The notes under the pieces are model-generated. The model made no database searches and was not told the origin of the DNA. It saw only the letters and a program-made list of their open reading frames with translations. From the NCBI GenBank assembly GCA_016794465.1, contig JAEUKA010000024.1:7511-71510 (forward strand): DNA of 64,000 nucleotides, read 5' to 3'. This DNA comes from Myxococcales bacterium (GTDB lineage Bacteria; Myxococcota_A; Polyangia; Palsa-1104; JAEUJZ01). Of the stretch, positions 57,946 through 64,000 are shown piece by piece. Within the stretch, counting starts at the first letter, position 1. Every line of letters begins with the position of its first letter. Both the position numbers and the translations under genes were made by a program.

Positions 57946-59063
57946 CCCTCCGCCCCCTTTGGCGCCTGCTCCGCAGGCAGTGCCCATGGGTCAGCCCATG
58001 ACAGTATCCCGAGCGCAGCGCGAGCACGCCGAAGGGTTCTATCTGAATGTCCTTCGCGTCTTGCTGCTGCCAGGACTGCCGCTCGGGGCTTCGGGCCATC
58101 GGCCAGGAACTCGCAGAGAAACGCCTTAGCGTCCTCAAGTGCAGATCCGTTCTCGGGTGCCCCGCAAACATCGTCAGCGGTCAGCTCGCACTCATCCATC
58201 CAAACAACTCGCGCCACTTCATGACCGGGCGCGGTTTCGAGTCTTAGCCGCTGTGCCTTGCGCTCGCGGGAAAGGTTGTTTTTCACCTGTGCCAAGACCC
58301 GGTGCTTTCGGTCGTCGGGGTCTTTGGCAAGAAGCATCGCCGTGCGAGCGATGCCAATAAACCCGATCGAACCACCGGCCCGATAGATAGCTGGCCCTCC
58401 CAGCTTCTTGTTTAGGTGCATGACCGCGAGCACCGCGCAGCCGGTACGCTGGGCCAGCTCGACCAGTGGCGTCAGCGCTCGCCGCACGTCTTGATCTCGG
58501 TGCGAGTCGTGCTTGCCCGATAGAAACGACATGATCGGGTCGATCACCACCAGACCCAGCGACAGTCGACGGATTTCCGACTCTAAGGACTCAAGATCAT
58601 CGGGAAAGGTCCGCACGTGGTCGAGCACAAAGACTCGCTGTACATCCACGGCGGCAGCATCAAGCCGGGGCCTTATGGTGTCACCCGGATCGTCTTCAGG
58701 ACAGCACAGCCCACAGACCAGCGGGGCCGCTGGGGTCTGGGCGCCTGGCAACGCTTCCCCGCGACTGAACCTCGCCACGATCTCGCAGGTGAGCGTGCTT
58801 TTGCCAAGTCCGGGGTCGCCAACCAGTAGCGCCAGCTTCCCGGCTGCGAGGTAGCCCGGCCACAGCCAGCGGACAGATTCAGGTTTGATGTCTGCCATGC
58901 AGCGCACTCCTTTGGGCTGTCCTCCAGTGCTCGGGGCTGGGTCCGGTGGCGGCAACTCCGGTGGTAGTTCCACAAGCTCAGCTTCAGGGTCGTAGTTGGT
59001 GCCCAGCTTGCGCCGCTTGTCGTTTTCGTCGGGTCGCTTGGGCGTCTTGGTTGGTTTACCCAT
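57942..59063 (-). CDS. AAA_25/RecA-like ATPase (helicase-type), replication module
   Basis: Walker A GDPGLGKST, Walker B VVIDPI; co-oriented and overlapping with primase gene. Confidence 0.65.
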   Translation of the reverse strand: MGKPTKTPKRPDENDKRRKLGTNYDPEAELVELPPELPPPDPAPSTGGQPKGVRCMADIKPESVRWLWPGYLAAGKLALLVGDPGLGKSTLTCEIVARFSRGEALPGAQTPAAPLVCGLCCPEDDPGDTIRPRLDAAAVDVQRVFVLDHVRTFPDDLESLESEIRRLSLGLVVIDPIMSFLSGKHDSHRDQDVRRALTPLVELAQRTGCAVLAVMHLNKKLGGPAIYRAGGSIGFIGIARTAMLLAKDPDDRKHRVLAQVKNNLSRERKAQRLRLETAPGHEVARVVWMDECELTADDVCGAPENGSALEDAKAFLCEFLADGPKPRAAVLAAARREGHSDRTLRRARAALGILSWADPWALPAEQAPKGAEG

Positions 59064-60204
59064 CGCTCGGCTCCGATGCCTCGATCAACACTCGACAACG
59101 CCCACGCAGAGAGCGGCAGATCGTGTCCCGGTACTTTGTCCCGGCTTCATCGCTATGGGTCTTCACCACGACGCGGTATCCGTTGGGAATGCGGGCGGCC
59201 AGTCCGTCAGACCATGAGCCGCTCAATACCCCCAGCACGCCCGGCGCATCATCGGTGGTGCCGTAGTGCGTGGCGACCGTGAGAAAGTCCGGCGCACCCT
59301 CGGTGATGATGATCGAAGGCGGGTCGCTCCTACGCCACCACTCCGGGGTTCCCTTTTGGATAATGGACAGCGCGAAGGAGTCTGCGAGGAAAAGTCCCTT
59401 GGTTGAATGGCCTGTGGGGAAAAGTCCCTTGGCGATGTCTCCCGTTGGGCTCTCGATGAGCCGAGCATGAACAGAACAGAGACGCCCTTCCACATTCCAC
59501 ATCGGAAGTAGGAGTCTGTGACCCGATTCCCACCATGTTTGTGAACGACAGCGTGCCCAACGGGGAAGCGACCCTGTATGAGGCAGACAGCGAGCAAGAT
59601 CGCGCTCCTCGATGATCGTAGGGTCGAGGCATCGCCCGTGAAGCTGCCGCACCAAGTCGGCATCATCGGTCACCGGCCTAGCGGCAGCCCACAGCGCGCC
59701 GACGCTTTCGACCGGGGGCGGAAGTCGTGGCGCTGGCATCGCTCGACGTTCGGGCGGGCGGTAGCACTGCGCAACCCCACCAGCGATTTCGTTTGCAAGC
59801 TCAAGAATGCGACCGAACTCTCGACGGTTATCGAGAGAATGAGCCGTGGCGATGAGCGACAGCACGTCACCGCCAGCGCCACACGCGAAACAATGCACCG
59901 CGAGCGTCCTGTCCGCTCCGAGCCGAACGGAGCAGGACGGATGGCTGTCGTTATGCCAGGGACAGCGGATCATGTAGCCGTCTGTCTGCCTCCTGGCACC
60001 GTCGAGTAGCCCGAGCCGTCCAAGCACTTGCTCGGGGTTCGTAAGAGCCGATTTGAGCGAACCGGCATCAAGTCGGCGAAGGCTCGGTGTCTGGGAATTT
60101 CGTGGCTCGATGTTTGGGCTTTTGGGGCTCACTTCGCCACCCGCCTTCCTCCGCCGCGAACCTTGGGACGCTTGGCGCTGCGCTTTTGGTTGCGCTCTAG
60201 CCAT
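59056..60204 (-). CDS. DNA primase with CHC2 zinc finger (P4 alpha / DnaG-like N-terminus)
   Basis: CPWHNDSHPSCSV...HCFACGAGGDVLSL zinc-binding motif; real start may be internal. Confidence 0.65.
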   Translation of the reverse strand: MARAQPKAQRQASQGSRRRKAGGEVSPKSPNIEPRNSQTPSLRRLDAGSLKSALTNPEQVLGRLGLLDGARRQTDGYMIRCPWHNDSHPSCSVRLGADRTLAVHCFACGAGGDVLSLIATAHSLDNRREFGRILELANEIAGGVAQCYRPPERRAMPAPRLPPPVESVGALWAAARPVTDDADLVRQLHGRCLDPTIIEERDLARCLPHTGSLPRWARCRSQTWWESGHRLLLPMWNVEGRLCSVHARLIESPTGDIAKGLFPTGHSTKGLFLADSFALSIIQKGTPEWWRRSDPPSIIITEGAPDFLTVATHYGTTDDAPGVLGVLSGSWSDGLAARIPNGYRVVVKTHSDEAGTKYRDTICRSLRGRCRVLIEASEPSDG

Positions 60205-60336
60205 GAGTCAATCCGGGCCTGTTCCGCAGCACTGAGTTCCTCATCGGCCCCCACCTCATCCGGCGACGACTCATCGAGAAGGCCGATAAGCCACGGTCGA
60301 GCAGCGCGCAGCAAGCGATCCGCTATTCGTTCTGAC

Positions 60337-60624
60337 TCACGCCGTGGCATTGGGGGACGCCTCCTCTCGCAATGCGTCAGCCTGACCAGTGGCGAAGGCC
60401 CACCCTGCGTCACCTAGAGCGGCTCGGATGGCGTCCAAAAGTCGCGAAGATGCGCGACGCTCGCCGCTCAGGAAGTAGCGGACGTGGCGTGGACTGATTT
60501 GCGCATCCCGTGCGACTGCTTCGATGCTGCTTCCCCGTAAATCGAGAGCAGCCCGAAGGCGGCGAGGATTAAATGTTGGTTGAGGTGATTTGGTCCGCCC
60601 TGCGGGCGGTCGAATATTGGACAT
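60337..60624 (-). CDS. Small HTH DNA-binding protein
   Basis: 95 aa with HTH AVARDAQISPRHVRYFLSG. Confidence 0.4.
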   Translation of the reverse strand: MSNIRPPAGRTKSPQPTFNPRRLRAALDLRGSSIEAVARDAQISPRHVRYFLSGERRASSRLLDAIRAALGDAGWAFATGQADALREEASPNATA

Positions 60625-60751
60625 GTCCCTATTTGGGCATGCTCAAAGCCGCCGTGCGCGTTAGCCAATAAGCTCCCGAGGAGAAAAACAGAAAAAGCGG
60701 GCGCTGAAATATTTTTATAGGCATTCCGCAAGCCACATAGAGGCAACGCCA

Positions 60752-61282
60752 TCATCCGGGTGGGGCTGGCGTGGTTCCCAGGTACGCGCCGAGTTCTTCT
60801 ACCAGTCTCGCGACGCTTTGCCGTATCGCGGGCGTTGGGTCGGAGCAGCGCAGTAGCGTCACCAATGAGCCGCCGACCGTCGCGACGAGATCGGCGGGGT
60901 TTTGGTCGAGTGTCGGATCGGATGGTGGGACCGATACCAGCGTCGCCGGGGTGGCCAAGCTGCCGTCGATCGTTGCCCGCAGCCTTAGCAGCGCGGCAAC
61001 ATCTCGCAGCTTACCGACGCGGAAGCTGTCGGCGATGGCTACATCACAGGTCGCGAGGTTGCGACTTCGATTTTCCCCGCGCTCGGGCTCAACCCGGACA
61101 CGCCACTGATTCGTGGCCTCGCTGATGTACCGATCGGCGTGCCGTTCGGAAACGCCCCATTGCTGCCGAATCAGTCGCAGCACTTCCGATCGTGAGCGTC
61201 GCTGCGCCAGCCACGCTTCCACTTGGTCGAGCCGCTCTTGATGTTCGACTCGCGTACTCCGGGCTCGCTCTCGCTCTGTCAC
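60752..61282 (-). CDS. Hypothetical island protein (176 aa)
   Basis: ORF with protein-like composition, no recognised domain. Confidence 0.35.
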   Translation of the reverse strand: MTERERARSTRVEHQERLDQVEAWLAQRRSRSEVLRLIRQQWGVSERHADRYISEATNQWRVRVEPERGENRSRNLATCDVAIADSFRVGKLRDVAALLRLRATIDGSLATPATLVSVPPSDPTLDQNPADLVATVGGSLVTLLRCSDPTPAIRQSVARLVEELGAYLGTTPAPPG

Positions 61283-61334
61283 AAACTGACGTTAACAGCC
61301 TGACCCGAGTCAGGCTCGCTCGTCGCTGTGGGAA

Positions 61335-62375
61335 CTAATTCAAATCCATCCAAATCGAACCTTCGTCATTTCGACATTCGACCCGAGAAAAACCTTTACT
61401 TCGCCAACCGGCGATGATTTCTGGTTGCGTTAATTGGTTCATCAGAACACGGCTGCATAATGCGTAGTTAATGCGGAGAATCGTATTTTCTTTACCGACA
61501 GCTTGGACGCTTTTCAGCTCTATTTTTTGATCTAAAAATGTTTGTTCCAATTTATTAGCAATGGCCTTTCTTTCTTCGCGATACCAAACGATCGCAGTGC
61601 GCTTTCTTCGTTCTGAAATTTCATTTTTTATTTTCTCACCACGCTTTGCTTCAGCGGCTCCACTTGGTATCGCTTCCAAGTGTTTTTCTGCTTTTTCTAA
61701 ATCTCCGCCGATCCGGTCTTTTCGATCGAATCCGTACGCCATCGCTAGTTGCGCGGCTGCCAGGTGTTGCGCCGCCGTCAGCGCATTGAAGGCCGCTTGC
61801 TCGGCGTCCACGTTCCTCACCGGCGCCGCCGCTTCTTGCTCTTGTGGCAGCGGGGCTTGCTGGCGCTTGGTAGCGGGGGCAAGCTCCGCGAGCAGCTTTT
61901 GCGCCTCTTGGTACTCGGGCGCAGAACTCGGAATGGCCGCAAGGTGGTCACGGGCACTCGACGGCATGGCCTTACCATCTGCTCGCGCCGCTTCGAGGTG
62001 CTGCGCCGGGGTCATGGCATCAAAGGTCGCTTTCAATCGACCGCCAGAGAGCCCAGCGACCGTCAGCGCAAGAATCGTCACGCTGTATTTCCAGTGACTC
62101 AGCCACACTTTGCTGAGCTGCGCGACCGCTGACGGGGCTTTGGGGTGATACCTGCCAAACAGAACCAGCGCCAGCGTGGCCAAGATCAGCGCTACCAGTA
62201 CCAGTTGCCCGGCGACCGTGGCAGCGAACCACGCGACGCCCCCCGTCCACAGCACACATCCTACGATGATCGCGACGTTGCTTCTGTTCTTTGCAGGGTA
62301 AGGCGTCAGCGGCTCAGGGGTCGGCATGTGAACCTCGCTTATTGGAAGGAAGCGGCTGGCGGGGCAACCTAACAC
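61335..62375 (-). CDS. Membrane-anchored hypothetical protein with internal AQHL repeats; 3' half is low-GC
   Basis: N-terminal TM helices, MTPAQHLEAA / LTAAQHLAAA repeats; AT-rich region 61335-61700. Confidence 0.4.
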   Translation of the reverse strand: MLGCPASRFLPISEVHMPTPEPLTPYPAKNRSNVAIIVGCVLWTGGVAWFAATVAGQLVLVALILATLALVLFGRYHPKAPSAVAQLSKVWLSHWKYSVTILALTVAGLSGGRLKATFDAMTPAQHLEAARADGKAMPSSARDHLAAIPSSAPEYQEAQKLLAELAPATKRQQAPLPQEQEAAAPVRNVDAEQAAFNALTAAQHLAAAQLAMAYGFDRKDRIGGDLEKAEKHLEAIPSGAAEAKRGEKIKNEISERRKRTAIVWYREERKAIANKLEQTFLDQKIELKSVQAVGKENTILRINYALCSRVLMNQLTQPEIIAGWRSKGFSRVECRNDEGSIWMDLN

Positions 62376-62387
62376 CTACTGTGGTAG

Positions 62388-62684
62388 GTGTACAGGTGTA
62401 GGCATGGACGCGGACCATGCCCAGCGGTGGATCTCTCGGCGTTTCAGCGTCGCTTCGCGCTCCGCGTGCGTTCCTTGCGCGAAGCCAGAGGTCTGCGCCA
62501 AGAGGATCTAGAGAACTTCGGGCTGTCGTGGAAGTCCGTGCAGAAGGTCGAGTACGGACAGACAGACCCGAAGGCCAGCACGCTACTCAAGCTGTGCGCC
62601 GCTTTCGAGGTCACGCTGCCCGAGCTGCTTGCGCTCGACTCCCCGACCAGGGAGCTTGCCAAACCAGAGCGGGCCGACAGCTAG
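62388..62684 (+). CDS. XRE-family HTH protein
   Basis: GLRQEDLENFGLSWKSVQKVEYGQTDPKASTLLKLCAAFEVTLPELL. Confidence 0.55.
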   Translation: MYRCRHGRGPCPAVDLSAFQRRFALRVRSLREARGLRQEDLENFGLSWKSVQKVEYGQTDPKASTLLKLCAAFEVTLPELLALDSPTRELAKPERADS

Positions 62685-62726
62685 GCCCTTCGGTCTGGCG
62701 TTGGACGCTGGCCAGCACCGCCCCCC

Positions 62727-63080
62727 CTACCTCATCTGCTCCGCTTCCTGTTCGCCGGGCTGCTCGGCGGCTTCATCGTACCGGCGCAGTCGGCGCTTGC
62801 AGGTCTCGATGATGGCGTGCGGGGTGGCTTGGGTCTTCTTGTGGAACACTTCGGCTATCACGATCGCGTCGGAGTCGAGCCGATAGATGATCCGCCACTC
62901 TGCGCCTGCATCCTTGATCCGTAGCTCATGCACCGCAGGGCCGATCGAGGGCATGGGCCGCGATGAGGGAAGCGACAGCTTATCGCCAAGCTGCAAGCGG
63001 CGTAGCAGGAACCCAGCCTCGCGGCGGGCCTCCAGTGACCAGGGCGGCGTTTTCACTTCGCCATGGAGCCAAACCAGGGG
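62727..63080 (-). CDS. Gp49-like / HigB-RelE-family toxin (addiction-module killer)
   Basis: HELRIKDAGAEWRIIYRLDSDAIVIAEVFHKKTQATP signature; N-terminal start uncertain. Confidence 0.6.
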   Translation of the reverse strand, partial: PLVWLHGEVKTPPWSLEARREAGFLLRRLQLGDKLSLPSSRPMPSIGPAVHELRIKDAGAEWRIIYRLDSDAIVIAEVFHKKTQATPHAIIETCKRRLRRYDEAAEQPGEQEAEQMR

Positions 63081-63151
63081 TTTGTCGGTCGGTGCGTTTC
63101 TCGATGCGATCGGCACGATAGGAAGGCCACAAAGGGGGCCGGGGTGGATGT

Positions 63152-63466
63152 TTACTTGCCCGCGATGGCAGCGGCTAGCTCTTTGCGCGTGGTCCCTAGC
63201 GCGAGCAGTGAGCGCACCAGCAAATCGAGCGACACCGATCCGTCGGCGGCTTCCATCTTGGCGACTCGTGATTGACTCGACCGGATGCGCCGGGCTAGCT
63301 CCGCTTGGGTGAGGGACTGCGCCTTGCGACGCTCGGACAGCACCAGCGCGAGCCGTGCGCGAATGTCGATGAGTAGCGATTCCTCCGGCGACAGTTCGAG
63401 GAAGTCTTGCACCGTACCGACCTTCCATCCCGCTGCCTCTAATCGCTTCTGCTTCGCTTTGTCCAT
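63152..63466 (-). CDS. HigA-like XRE antitoxin
   Basis: AGWKVGTVQDFLELSPEE...LTQAELARRIRSSQSRVAKMEAADGSVSLDLLVRSLLALG. Confidence 0.65.
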   Translation of the reverse strand: MDKAKQKRLEAAGWKVGTVQDFLELSPEESLLIDIRARLALVLSERRKAQSLTQAELARRIRSSQSRVAKMEAADGSVSLDLLVRSLLALGTTRKELAAAIAGK

Positions 63467-63530
63467 GGGCGCTGTCTCCGGTTCCGAGTATGTCAGAAAT
63501 GACATAGGACGCAAGCGGGCCGGGCTGCGC

Positions 63531-63575
63531 GGCCAAGGTCTACAGGTTGGCCGGTTGGCCGTTGGCCGGTTTGGG
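63531..63575. repeat. Second block of TTGGCC/GGCCAA short tandem repeats near attR and upstream of the antitoxin
   Basis: ggccaaggtctacaggttggccggttggccgttggccggtttggg. Confidence 0.4.
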
Positions 63576-64000
63576 CGCTTGAATGAGGCGAAATGATGCG
63601 TCGGTTTTCCCGTCTGAGCGGTGCCCCAAAAATGGCCTTTGGTCACAACGGAAACACCGTCGGGAATTGTGACCGGAATCTACCAGATGTGACCGCTATT
63701 TATTTGGGGTCAGCGACGGGGGATTTCGCCAGCGACGGGAAATGGCATTCAAGAGGTAACGAGTTCGACCCTCGTCAGCTCCACATCAAACCCCGTCGGT
63801 GAAGACCGATGGGGTTTTTGCTTTTCTGGGGTCCGATCGGCCATGTGGAGCGGATGTGGAAGGTCCTGTGCCCCTAACCCAAGCCCAGGGAGGACTGAGA
63901 CTGGCAAGAGGGTGAAAACTGTCTGTCGTGTGGCAAGAACACATTCCATGCAGGGAAAGAAGGCGGTCGGCTTTGTTCGAGCTGTGGCTGCCGAGGCTGG

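Larger units (their letters stand above)
55235..63832. mobile_element. ~8.6-kb integrative island at the tRNA-Ala 3' end, bounded by ~85-90 bp direct repeats (attL 55235-55324, attR 63741-63832); P4/PICI-like gene content
   Basis: The 3' 43 nt of the tRNA plus the terminator hairpin are duplicated at 63741-63832; tyrosine integrase adjacent to attL. Confidence 0.8.

Overview
High-GC (~65-68%) bacterial chromosomal segment. Many eukaryotic-like Ser/Thr kinases, TPR proteins and sigma-54-type promoters suggest a Myxococcota-like genome. Four things stand out. (1) A type VI secretion system (T6SS) locus at 4.6-28.7 kb reads tssM-tssJ | tssB-tssC-(hcp-like)-tssK-tssE-[2,632-aa VgrG-like giant ORF]-tssF-tssL-x-(ANL-like)-PAAR-like-tssA-tssG. 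All genes are on the + strand and several junctions overlap as ATGA. No ClpV or Fha is present in the window, although PpkA-like kinases and a PP2C phosphatase are nearby. Two sigma-54 -24/-12 promoters, each preceded by 11-bp-phased GTGCGCAC palindromes, sit upstream of the kinase/TPR operon and of tssBC. (2) A paralogous kinase-TPR module on the minus strand (34.1-38.2 kb) has its kinase split exactly within the HRD catalytic motif. The splitting element is a ~1.87-kb low-GC insertion that carries one orphan 454-aa coiled-coil/TM protein gene and no recombinase. (3) An ~8.6-kb integrative island lies at the 3' end of tRNA-Ala(GGC). It is bounded by ~85-bp direct repeats (attL/attR) and encodes a tyrosine integrase, HTH regulators, primase plus AAA ATPase (P4/PICI-like), a Gp49/HigB-like toxin with HigA-like antitoxin, and candidate iterons. 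(4) A serine recombinase sits next to a ~1.1-kb ORF-poor region saturated with the palindrome GCAGCGCTGC. Other features are a 42-bp tandem repeat array built around a 20-bp palindrome, M48 and RseP proteases, a 5'-nucleotidase, a GT4 glycosyltransferase and an alpha/beta hydrolase.
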